Shown here: in pieces, positions 36,615 to 48,708 of the stretch
Layout of the letters: the number at the start of each line of letters is the position of its first letter
How positions within the stretch are numbered: position 1 is the stretch's first letter
Origin: Octopus vulgaris
Lineage: Eukaryota
Direction of reading: 5' to 3'
DNA length: 64,000 bases
NCBI GenBank assembly: GCA_951406725.2
Contig: OX597831.1
Coordinates: forward strand, 56,482,001 to 56,546,000
Notes under the pieces: model-generated
Database searches by the model: none
Told to the model about the DNA's origin: nothing
What the model saw: only the letters and a program-made list of their open reading frames with translations
Made by a program: the position numbers and the translations under genes

Positions 36615-37769
36615 TGGGTAAATTTCTGTTTTACCCCCACCTATATCTAGTATTCAATTGCGATATTATCCTGCAATAGTAAGCACTTGGATATAAATAC
36701 GTAGGTATACATCCAGTAGTATATTGAATATTTACTATCCCTTAGATGGTTACTTAACCTCTAACTCATACAGACATAAATTTCCTAAAAATATATTTTT
36801 TGAGAAGAAATGTATTAGAGAATTAGAAGAAAAAGTAGCAAAAGACAAGATGATAAATATTACGAAACTAATTTTGATAATATTGATTTCTTGATCTCTG
36901 ATGTTAATTCATCAAAACTTAGAAGGCTTGATGAATTAAAAAAAGTTTTCCATAGTCAGGGAGTAGGATTTTTCAACATGAATATGATGAGGAAAGCAAA
37001 TGGATGTTCATTTTGATCTTGCATCAACAGTAATTTGCCATCATTAAACATTACTTATACACTTATTTACCTAATGCTGAAATCAGAATTACTGATAAAA
37101 ATCTAAGATTCCAAGTGAAATCAGAATGAGACAAAGTTAGAGACAAATGGAAGGCCATACATAATCTACAAGTGAAATAAGAGAGTAGGTCTTGGGAATA
37201 TGTAAGTTTCTAATAAAAAGACAAGGAATGAAGAAATAAATGTAAGATATATATAAGTTATATGAAATGAAATGTCTAATGTTAAGAAGGGTCACCAATA
37301 AAAGTTATCAAGTCATAATCCATAAGTAGGAGGATTAACAGAAAGTTCTTGAATTTTATTTGCTAAATTGAATTGAAGTTTTACAATTAGTTCAACAACT
37401 TTAGGCCTGAAACGTTTTTAGGATAATCTGCATTGGCAGCTTTGAAAGTCGCCATTTCATTAAGCTCTATATCAGTGACATCAATAAATACTGCAAGAGA
37501 AGGACTGCTGCTGACTATATTACACAAAAGCAATACTAATATTGATCTTGTGTTATGTAGCCTTCTTTAGGTGACTGAAAAAAAATAATAATTTGGCAAC
37601 AGAATTAATTAGATGTTAGAAGAACAAGAGAGAAAAATATATTTCTAAAGAGGAATCAATATTAATTTGAAGGCAATGTAGGTGTCTTACATTATTCTTT
37701 GGCATTCCTTACAATCTTGTGATTATGTTTAAAAGAAAGAAACTTCTAGGTCAGAAGGGTGAAACTTAC

Positions 37770-37832
37770 CTCTACTTCTGCTTTTTGTCTCATCAGAAGG
37801 ATACAAAAGATATCCAGATATTTTTCTGATTC
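37770..37832 (-). CDS. VPS13: VPS13 exon ESEKYLDIFCILLMRQKAEVE
   Basis: 63 nt, CAG/GTAAG, phase 0-0. Confidence 0.93.
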
Positions 37833-38249
37833 CTGAAATGAAATTAATAATAATTGATTATTAAGAAAGAAAAGAAACAGCATTAAGATAATAAAATACT
37901 ATTCTAGCTTTAGATAAGGAATCATATTGTGTATACTGATTTTAGAATTGGTATACTGAACCCTTTCATCACAAGAGGCAACTAAAAGGATTGGCAACAG
38001 AAAGGACATCTGCCTGTAAACAATTACCTAAAAAAGGAAGCCAAGAGGAGCATTAAGATGGTCACGAGGCCATCAAGGCTAACCCCATCCTTTGTTGCTG
38101 GTTGTTATTCTTTATAAATACACAATCCAATTTTATAACAAATATGTACATCACATAAAATTCCTTTTTGTCAATGAAGTTGATAATCATTAGAAGACAG
38201 ATGCAGAGAAACTAATATTTCTTTCCTATATAGTGAATATAATATCTAA

Positions 38250-39068
38250 TGGAAAGACACATTACGGTTGGCTCTTCAGTGCATTCCATTTTAATGGAGG
38301 ATTTGTACATGCAGAGAATGTTGGCGAAATTCTTCCCCAAGGTGCTGGCAGAGCAGCAGAAGCAACTCTGCATGGAAATTGCTCAGGACATGTTGGACTG
38401 TGCAAACCATAACCTAGACTTCATGAAGAATATCATCACTGGTGATGAAACAAGGGTTTATAGTTATGACCCAGAAACCAAGTTCCAGTCCTCCCAATGA
38501 AAGCATCCATCATCAACAAGGCCCATAAAAGCCTGACAGGTTCACAGCAATGTGAAGGTACTGTTGACCTGTTTTTTTTTTAATCTGTTGGTATTGTGCA
38601 TCATGAATATGCAACATAATGCAAATAATCAATAAGGAATACAGCCTGGAAGTTATATGTTGCCTTTGTGATGCCATGTGTTGAAAGTAGCCGGACATGT
38701 GAGTGGTGAAGAATTAGAAACTTCATCACAACAATGTGTCTGCTCGTTCCACCCACATAATCCAAGCTTTCCTGGTCAAGGACAACACACCACTTGTTTG
38801 ACAGGTTTCCTACTCTCTCAACTTGGCACTGTGTAACTTCAGGCTCTTCCCCCAAACTGAAATCCACACTGGAAGGGAACTGATTCGAGTCACAAGAAAT
38901 TATGAGAAAAGTAACAGTAGAGCTTCATATCATTCCAGAGAAGGCTTCCTCTAGATGTTACCAGCAGTGGCAAAACTACACAGAAGTGTGTGAACTCCCA
39001 AGGCAGGTATTTTGAATGCCCAAAGGTTTTCATGCCCAAAGGTTGGACACTTTTTGAGTGCACTTTGT
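38250..39068 (+). mobile_element. Mariner relic, 3' part (same family as 19715-20503)
   Basis: IITGDETRVYSYDPETKFQSSQ; terminal GTTGGACACTTTTTGAGTGCACTTTGTA resembles the 20477-20503 end. Confidence 0.88.
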
Positions 39069-39750
39069 AAAAAGTCCAAAACTTATTTCAAAACAGAGTT
39101 TTATCCCACAGCCATAAGGTCAATTACTAATCGAATGTGGGAATATTTAATTTCATTTCTGTAATAGCAACCATAATATGTTGATGTTGGTATTAGGTTT
39201 AAAAAAATAGAGCTCTCATTTAACAAGGGATACATCTATATGTAAGAAAAGGATGCGTAAAGATGATTGAGTAATACACCAAGTGAAATTCACTGTAGAA
39301 AATAGAATTGTATGATCTTAAACTCTAGCAGTAATTCATCTAAAAAAATAAATTAAAGATGTACAGTAATTGCTCTTAAAAAACGATTTAGCTTATGCTT
39401 CAATAATTCATAAAAGTGTACAAAATATATAGAACAAATCAATCTTCATTATATTTAAAAAAAAAAAAAGGAAAACCCAACAAAACAATGATAATGTCAC
39501 AAATTAGAGCAGATTTATAGTTGTGTTAGAAAAAAATATCAACCCTTTTGATATCAATCCACCTGAAACTACCCCTGAACTTACAGCACAAACTCCGTTT
39601 TAAAATCTTCATTCAAAATTTCAGGTTAATTTATGTTCTAAACACTAGTTCTATAATAACAAAGTTATTAAAACAAATTCTTCATTATTATATATGTTAG
39701 TTATCATGACCAAATAAGACACTTGCTATTGATTAATATACATATCTAAC

Positions 39751-39922
39751 CTCAATAGTTTTTGAAACGCTTGATGCAACTGATTTCTGAGAGAGTTTCT
39801 TAACGTAAGCTTCCTTGTATTGTTTCATTATAGTTCTGTGATTTATTATGTGAGTCCAGGAAAACATCTTTCTTCGACGTCGAACAGTTTCCTCCAAAAT
39901 GCATTCATAAGCATATCTCCAC
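39751..39922 (-). CDS. VPS13: VPS13 exon WRYAYECILEETVRRRRKMFSWTHI...KTIE
   Basis: 172 nt, CAG/GTTAG, phase 2-0. Confidence 0.94.
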
Positions 39923-41045
39923 CTGTAAGAATAAAGAAAGTTTTTTTTTTACTATATTTGCCATTGTATAATAAGATGCACTCTCACACAAGATGCACCC
40001 CTATTTTATAGGTATATTTTGTGAGAAAAAGAATTTAATATGCTTCATCACACACTTGGTAACTCTTCCATAATATATTTGCATTAGGCACATAACAATT
40101 TTTGGTTAACTTTAAGAATATAAAAAAGGAAATCATGTGCCAGCATCTTTTATCTTTTACTGGTTTCAGTTATTAGATTGTGGCCATGCTGGGGCACTGC
40201 CTTGAAGAATTTTTAGCTGAATGAATTAAGCCCTGTACATTATTTTTTAAGCCTGATACTTATTCTATTGATATTGTTTGCCGAACTGCTAAGTTACGGG
40301 GATGTAAATACACCAACACCGGTTGTCAAGTAGTGATGGGGAGACTAACACAGACACAAAGACACACACACAAGCTTCTTACCACATAGCCATACCTGCA
40401 CCTAGTATATATAGTAATATATACCCTAGTGCTCTCCAGGCAACATTAGTAACTTAGTTCACGTTAATTATCAATTTAATTGCTTTTTCTAAGTGTTCCG
40501 AGTAATAGGTTTAAGAAACAATTCCTACCTGATTGGTTCCTATTAACTATAAAAGACAGTTTATAAGACGCAAATTAATTTTAAGAGGCCAGTTGTCTTT
40601 TAGCTTTTATCATATACCTTTTACTTGCTTCAGTTATTGGACTGTGGCCATGCTGGGACACCACATTGAAGGGTTTAGTTGATCAGCTCTACCCCAGTAA
40701 TTATTCTACTGGTTTCTGTTACTGAACTGCTAGGTTATGGGGTCATAAACAAACCAATACTGGTGGGAGCCAAACACACACACACACACCAACAATGGGC
40801 ATTCATCAATTTCTGTCTACCAACTTTTGACTTCGGTCAACTCAAGGCTTATACAAAAAGACATTTGCACAAGGTGCCACAGAATGGGACTGAACCCAAA
40901 TCACATGTCAGGGAAGCAAGTTTCTTACCACACAGCCACACCAGCACCTAAAAACCTTGTTTCCATGTAGAATTTTTGACCCTTCATTTATTATTGTGAA
41001 TTCAGGGCGATTTAGAACATGAAAGGAATATTTATGAGAACTTAC

Positions 41046-41152
41046 CATCTGGAGTAATTAGACTGCAGGGGAACATCTGGTCGATATTTGCGATACAACG
41101 CAGAAATTGACATTCGTTCAAATGATTCCAGGAGTTCCAGGATATCATCATA
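41046..41152 (-). CDS. VPS13: VPS13 exon YDDILELLESFERMSISALYRKYRPDVPLQSNYSR
   Basis: 107 nt, CAG/GTAAG, phase 0-2; within ORF 41042..41245. Confidence 0.94.
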
Positions 41153-41677
41153 CTGAAATGCAGAAACAAAATTTATTTCAAATGACAATACTGCTTCTCT
41201 TAAACCTTTTGTTTCAGTCATTGGACTACAGTAATGCTGGGACACTGCCCTGAAGCATTTTGTTGAATAAAATGACCTTAATACTTTTATTTTTAAGTCT
41301 GGTATGTATTCTATCAGCTAAGGTACAGGGATGTAAACAAACCAACAAACAAGAGAAGGACAAAAACAAACACAAAGACACTCCCAACCCACAAAGCATC
41401 TTTCAGTTTCTGTCAACTAAATCCACTCAGGATTTGTTGGCCCGGGCTATAGCATTATGTATATATTATTTATTTCCACTTAAATGTGGATGTTCTATTA
41501 GAACAAACTATGCTGCAGTAGGTTATCATGAGAGAAATTCAGATATTGGCTTTTGGTGCAAAAGCCAGTATGAGAGTTCTTCTCATCCTAACTGCTGTAG
41601 TATAGTTTGTTCAAACAAAACATTTACATTTAACTGGGGATAAATATTACTGCTTAGTATTAATACTGCCTCTGTCA

Positions 41678-41679
<2 letters not shown>

Positions 41680-41717
<38 letters not shown>

Positions 41718-42424
41718 TACAACATATAGATACACACACACACATATATACATACATACATATACATACATATATATTTATACATACACATATATACACA
41801 CACACATATACATACACACATATATACACACATATACATATGCACATATATACACACTATAACATATATATCATCATCATCAATACATATGCACATATAC
41901 ATACACACACACACACATATATATACATATATATATACATATATATACATATGTATATATACATACATATATACATATACATACATACATATATACATAC
42001 ATATATACATACATACATATATATATATACATATATATACATACATACATATATACATACATACATATATACATACATATATACATATACATACATACAT
42101 ATACATACATACATATATACATATACATACATATATACATATACATACATATATACATATACATACATATATACATATACATACATATATACATATACAT
42201 ACATATATATATATACATACACATATATATATATACCTACATATATATATATACCTATATATATATATACATACATATATATATACATACATATATATAT
42301 ATATACATACATATATATATATATACATACATATATATATATACATACATATATATACATATACATACATATATATACATATACATACATATATATACAT
42401 ATACATACATATATATACATATAC
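41680..42424. repeat. Compound (TA)/(TACA)/(CA) microsatellite
   Basis: Direct inspection. Confidence 0.97.
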
Positions 42425-43029
42425 ATCATCATCGTTTAGCGTCCGTTTTCCATGCTAGCATGGGTTGGACGGTTCAACTGGGGTCTGTGAAGCCAGAAGG
42501 CTGCATCAGGCTCCAGTCTGATCTGGCAGTGTTTCTACGGCTGGATGCCCTTCCTAACGCCAATGACTCCGTGAGTGTAGTGGGTGCTTTTTACGTGCCA
42601 CCTGCACAGGAGCCAGACGGAGCTGGCAAACGGCCATGAACGGATGGTGCTTTTACATGCCACCGGCACGGGGCCAGGCGAGGCTGGCAATGGACACGAA
42701 CGGATGGTGCTTTTACGTGCCACCGGCACGGAGGCCAGTCGGGGCGGCGCTGGCAACGGCCACGAACGGATGGTGCTTTTTACGTGTCACCGGCACCTAT
42801 AAGTATTTCCTGCATAACACAATAGCATATTAAGAACAGAAACATTGAAGTAATTTTAAAAACGGTAATGAATTCACTGCCCACATAAAAAAGAGAAAAG
42901 TATTTTAATCAAACTAATCCAAGCCTTTACTATTACAAAAAAGTGGAGGCGCAATGGCCCAGTGGTTAGGGCAGCATACATACATATATATATAAAGTTA
43001 ATCCAAACAAGAAAACACAAAAAGAACAC

Positions 43030-43212
43030 AAAAAAACACAACAATGCGAGGACGTGGAACAAATATAGTATTATTGGACGCTCAGGAGAGAAGGAAAGAA
43101 GGAGGGTTTAATGTTTCGAGCGGAGCTCTTCATTGGAAACGTAGGAGAAGGAAAGATCCAGAGAAGGGAAGACAGAGGAAAAAAAATCGCCAACAGTACA
43201 CACGAGGTCACA
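43030..43212 (-). mobile_element. Short non-coding repeat carrying a decayed hammerhead-like motif (homolog at about 55110-55282)
   Basis: Both copies share GACGCTC.G, TTTAATG..TT.GAGC...GCTCTTCAT..GAAA and CAGAGAAGG...CAACAG.ACAC. Confidence 0.65.
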
Positions 43213-43861
43213 TACATATATATACATATACATACACATATATACATATACATACATACATACCTATATATGCATATACATACATACCTATATATGCATA
43301 TACATACATACCTATATATGCATATACATACATACCTATATATGCATATACATACATACCTATATATACATATACATACATACCTATATATACATATACA
43401 TACATACCTATATATACATATACATACATACCTATATATACATATACATACATACCTATATATACATATACATACATACCTATATATACATATACATACA
43501 TACCTATATATACATATACATACATACCTATATATACATATATATACATACATACATACATATATATACATACATACATATACATACATACACATACATA
43601 CATATACATACATATATATACATACATACATATATATGCATATACATACATACATATATATATACATACATACATATACATGCATATACATACATATATA
43701 TACATACATATACATACATACATATATACATATACATACACACATATACATACATATACATACACACATCTATATATACATACACACATATATATATATA
43801 CACACACATATATACACACAAACACACATATATACACACACACATATATATACATATACAT

Positions 43862-43894
<33 letters not shown>

Positions 43895-43952
43895 CATACA
43901 TATACATACACACACACACATATATATATATATACATACATACATATATATA
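43213..43952. repeat. Compound microsatellite including a 24-bp ATACATACATACCTATATATRCAT minisatellite
   Basis: Direct inspection. Confidence 0.97.
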
Positions 43953-44597
43953 TGCGTTTTTGGGGGGATATGTAAATATTATTTTACGATTGTATCATTA
44001 AAATTAAAACCATGTCTTTCTTGTTTTGTTTAATGTTTGCAGAGAATGCTTAATCCTTACAACAGCTTCAATATAAACAAGTTTTTATTTGCACTGTCTC
44101 TGAAGTCATTGGATTGTCAAGAACATTACTATAATCTACTTTTGCATGTAAAGCCAATAACTGAGGTTGTGCAGGTTCATTCAATCTGCTAAAAATAGCA
44201 GCCAAATCTCTACAAGTCACGCACTACTATTCAAGATATGAAGGACACGGTATATGTAGTTCAACAGTCAGATACACTTCCTGTCATCAACTCACACCTG
44301 TTTCCAAGCAAGGTAATATTTCTCCATGGCCAGACATGTTTTTCACAGAAGACTGGAAACGAACAACTTCATGTGTATGAAGATGCTCTTTTTACAACCA
44401 TCACATGATGTCTAGACAAGCATACACACACACACACACAAATATGCATACACACACACACATACACAAATATGCATACACACACACACATACACAAATA
44501 TGCATACACACACACACACACAAATATGCATACACACACACACAAATATGCATACACACACACACAAATATGCATACACACACACACAAATATGCAT

Positions 44598-44630
<33 letters not shown>

Positions 44631-45004
44631 CTAGCAGTATCGCCCGGCGTTGCTCGGGTTTGTAAGGGAAATAACTATAAAGCATTTTTAGAGAGTTATA
44701 GCCAAAAAATAGCAAAAAAAAAATGGAAAAAAAATGATGGTAAATTTTTTTTAGTTAAAAAGGTCGAGTTGCGTCCCCTAGACAGTCTGTGGTTTGTGTT
44801 TCTGATTCTCGACCCCATGTCGAATTTATCGATTTTTTTCAGAACTGGGGGAACTTTTCAAAATTTTTGCTGCGTTAGTTTTGAATTATGACATTGGGCT
44901 ATGTGTGTGTCAAGTTTCATCAGAATCGGTTGAAAGCCGTGGTCAGGGTGAGGGTACAACCTGACAGACACACAGACAGACAAACTGCTGTTTATATATA
45001 GAGA
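44631..45004 (-). mobile_element. Complete non-autonomous Helitron (374 bp)
   Basis: Minus strand reads A|TCTCTATATATAAA...CCCGAGCAACGCCGGG (hairpin) CGATACTG CTAG|T: 5' TC, 3' hairpin + CTAG, A/T target, no TSD. Confidence 0.85.
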
Positions 45005-45465
45005 TATATATATATATGCATACAATGTGCTTCTTTCAGTTTCCACCTACCAAGTCCACCCACAAGGCTTTGGTTGACTTGGGGCTACAACATATAAGGT
45101 TTTAAAAAAAAAAAAGATGTTTGATGCTTTTGATCAGCAGTCAGGCTGATCAGCACTGACCTGTGGTTGAACAACCATATTCTGATGTAGTGTGTCAATA
45201 GCAATTCATCTGAGATAAATATCTTTCTTCAGGGCCATGCTCATAGACATGAAGAGAGCAGTTTTACAATGCAAGAAAAATATACAGAAACTTAAACATA
45301 CTTCTGTAACCAAGTTATGGATTTAGATCACTGAAAGCCTACTTCCATTTGACATAAGCAACCTGTTCAAGTACTGAAAAAAATTTATTATTATTTGTTT
45401 TCAAATACATAAGAACTAAGTTATAGCTAGTTTCAATTCAGTTACTTTAACAATTCTATGCTGGT

Positions 45466-45667
45466 ATACTCTTACTCTTTTTACTTGTTTCAGTCATGTG
45501 ACTGTGGCCATGCTGGAGCACCACCTTTAGTCGAGTAAATCGACCCCAGGACTTATTCTTTGGAAGCCTAGTACTTATTCTATCGGTCTCTTTTGCCGAA
45601 CCGTTAAGTTACGGGGATGTAAACACACCAGCATTGGTTGTCAAGCGATGTTGGGGGGCAAACACAG

Positions 45668-45710
<43 letters not shown>

Positions 45711-45845
45711 TACATATATACGACGGGCTTCTTTTCAGTTTCCGTCTACCAAATCCACTCACAAGGCTTTGGTCGGCCCAAGGCTATAGTAGAAGACACT
45801 TGCCCAAGGTGCCATGCAGTGGGACTGAACCTGGAACCATGTGGT
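45466..45845 (-). mobile_element. tRNA-derived SINE, family B (head truncated)
   Basis: Homolog of 11322-11725. Confidence 0.9.
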
Positions 45846-46244
45846 ATATTGTGTTTTTCAAGTTTTTGTAACTGTAATTAAGTGTAATTTTATACTCATC
45901 TAAACCTGTTCTTTTCTCCAGATGGATAAAATTTAATGAAATCAAAACTTCCTCTATTACTGATAAAGGTAGAGCTACATAATATTTAAGCACTTTTCAA
46001 GTTATCAAGGACACTCATATGTGGTTTTTTTTTTGGCCTGCAAGAAATAGCAGCCAAAACTCACTGAACTTCACCATGATCCTAAACACAATGTACATGA
46101 AAAATAGACAGGATAGTCATGATTGGACTGATTCTGATCATAGGTCTGCTAAGTAAGGGCTGACTTGAAGAAGAACATTTTTAAAGCATTTCAATGATGA
46201 TTTAGGCAGTGCTAAAGAGAAATTTAAATTAGAACTAAATTTAC

Positions 46245-46375
46245 CTGATGTTTAGATAAAGAGAGCACAATATTATCAAATATTACAGTGAGAAAGATTT
46301 TGGGTATCTGGAAGTAGTCTTCTTCTGGTTTTGTGTGTAATCTCAGGTGCGCTACAGAACATATAGGCTTGATCA
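46245..46375 (-). CDS. VPS13: VPS13 exon IKPICSVAHLRLHTKPEEDYFQIPKIFLTVIFDNIVLSLSKHQ
   Basis: 131 nt, TAG/GTAAA, phase 1-0. Confidence 0.92.
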
Positions 46376-46964
46376 CTAGATGAAAAAAAAAAACAGAAAA
46401 AAAAATGATTATTATTATTTCTGGAAAAGATAGATTGTAGTGAATAGCTTAAGTTAACTACATTCATGGTACCTCAGTGACTCAAGCAAAAATTCACAAA
46501 TTGGTAGTTCATTTTTATCAACAACCAACACCAGACAAGTTAATATCAACAGATGGGCTTATATCACCCTCCTTAAGCTCAATTAACTGATACAATAGCC
46601 TGATCAGTCAACCATATGCACAGGTGTTGACAGGCATACTTATGCTATCACCTTTTGGACCAATCAACAAACAAAATGGTCCATTCTGTCTGTACAGACA
46701 CACTGATGTCAACAGATATGCCTATGTTATCCCAACTGGGACCAACAGGCAACTTAGACTGACATTATATTAACAGGAACCTCTGGTCACATGAGAGAAA
46801 AGCTTTAACAGGCAAACTAACCTTACTAGCTAATTATCAAATCTTCCTTTAAAGAAATTGTAAAAGTAAAGACAAGGTTTGTAAATTTGCTCATGTTAGA
46901 TTCTTGGAAAGAGTTTAAATTACTTTAAACTTTTCAAACTGTACAATGAAATGAATGCAGATGA

Positions 46965-47405
46965 TGTAGATCTCACAAGCTTCTAAGGTGGTCATCCTAT
47001 CATTCTATCAGAATTCTCCATTCCCTAAGAAGCAGCCAATGAGAGGAAGAGAGCAAACAATGCTGAACTGGTGGAAGAATGCCAAAGCAATGGGTGGTAA
47101 GAAAAATGCAAGCTCAATGAAGTGAAATGAAGGTTTGCAAGACAACCTCTGCAAATTCTACAAAATGTTAGGCATTGCAAAGTTCAACAGGTAAAGAGCA
47201 ATCAAGCTGACCACCAAAGTAGTAGAAGATGATTCATGTGGCTGAGAATCAGAAAAGAAAAGCTAACGGTAGGTGTAATGCTGTCTGGACAGAAGTCAAG
47301 GCTTGTTCATACTCAGCTGGGTCACCTGGATGAGGTTGTCCAATTGTTCAAACACTCAAAACATCCAACAGTTTCAGTTAATATCACTAATAACATATTC
47401 AGGTG
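46965..47405 (+). mobile_element. 3' fragment of a restriction-like-endonuclease non-LTR retrotransposon (HERO-like)
   Basis: Degenerate EAANERKRANNAELVEECQSNGW...WLRIRK peptide plus a 3' UTR-like GCTGGGTCACCTGG; clade assignment from memory. Confidence 0.65.
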
Positions 47406-48170
47406 CAATCACAAGATCATATATGTCTAAGTAGTTTTCAAAAATATTTTATGAAACCTTTTTAATATGAAGAAGACAGAGTAAGAGGTGTTGAAAGCCA
47501 GATGATAAAGAGACTCATATTTACAATGTCATCAAAAAACTATTGAAAAAGAAATCAATAGCTCAGTACTAGTTGTAGTATAAACTATATAATATACATT
47601 GTTTGCTTGATTACAATTTTGAATTGATATTTTGCTTAGGTAAACATAAAAAGCCTTGGAGGTCTGGAAAGATAAATATATGGTATCTCTAGTAACAATT
47701 TACTTCTGCACTCTAAACCTGTTTATCTGCAGTAGAACTGTGTCAGTGACTTGGTCACAATTGTGTGAAGACAATTTTGAAAACTCAAAAAATAAATGAA
47801 AATCAAATTTAACCATATTTGTGTGTTTTAAATAGCTGAGAAGTCTCTTCTACAATGAAACTGATTCAAATTCAGCACATGGTCTCAGATTAACTCTGAA
47901 AGAAGCTTATTTCATATTCATTATTATAATTCAAATATAAACAAACAGGTAGATCTTAGATGTTCTTTTTTTGTTTTTAAATAGCTGCACACCATTTCAA
48001 TGGTTAGTTAACATAACGTAGAATAATCTCTTTTTTTTCTATCTTGAGGAAGATAAAATAATGTCCCTAACTTCATTACAAGTTCAACACCATAATTTCT
48101 TTGTTGCAAAATTGTACCTATGATTTGCTATAGTGTATTTTTAATGGCATGTATATATTTATAAACTCAC

Positions 48171-48225
48171 TGTATGTATAGTCTGTTGTAGTTTTTGAAC
48201 TAGCAATATTTTCTTTCAACAGTTT
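48171..48225 (-). CDS. VPS13: VPS13 exon KLLKENIASSKTTTDYTY
   Basis: 55 nt, CAG/GTGAG, phase 0-1. Confidence 0.88.
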
Positions 48226-48627
48226 CTGGAAAGAAAAAGGAAAAAAAAAACAATATATAAATATATAAGCAAATAAATACACAAAAAAATGTCAGTATGG
48301 AAAACTGACAAATCATTAAAATGATGAGGATTATGTCATCAATGGTAAGTTTAAACTTAAAAACAAATTACTATGGGGTAAGCATGTGATTAATGATCTG
48401 TGACTAGTCCAAACATATCCTAACATTAAATGTAATCACAATTTATTTAATTATTTAAAAATAAATAAATAAAACTGTCCTTCTTTTCACTTGGTTCATT
48501 ACATTTACTTTGTTTTTAATAAATTTTATGTAACTGAAAGCAACTAAAACAAAAAAATGGAAACTCAGAAGTTAACTATGCTTCAAAAAGTTATGTAATT
48601 AAGATCAGTAAAAGCAAATGGACTTAC

Positions 48628-48708
48628 CAGGGAATTTTCTCGAGGCAATGTGTCGTATAACTCAGTCCTGCTATTCCAGTATAAAGAGAGGGAATCAAGC
48701 CGTATAAG
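48628..48708 (-). CDS. VPS13: VPS13 exon LIRLDSLSLYWNSRTELYDTLPRENSL
   Basis: 81 nt, TAG/GTAAG, phase 0-0. Confidence 0.93.

Larger units (their letters stand above)
1315..48708 (-). other. VPS13: VPS13A/C-type lipid transfer protein gene, internal part (28 coding exons; both ends outside the window)
   Basis: Manually spliced exons give a stop-free 3451-nt frame with matching phases at every junction. Motifs LIRLDSLSLYWN, YRKYRP, WWRYAY, GWFGGWF, TPEEKARLYNAIGY, FETNPLD, LILDLGNL, AYDKFNI, APLILVP and RNLSAGWYH match recalled VPS13A/C sequence. A versus C cannot be resolved. Confidence 0.95.

Noticed and set aside
41583-44891. Many long overlapping ORFs (up to 329 aa) rich in Y/I/H/T or C/V/M/Y
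   Set aside because: They are translations of (TA)/(CA)/(TACA) microsatellites, which lack stop codons in most frames.
45784-45993. Minus ORF with an exon-like segment LPLSVIEEVLISLNF
   Set aside because: Its phase does not fit the phase-0 intron, and the flanking exons already join cleanly.
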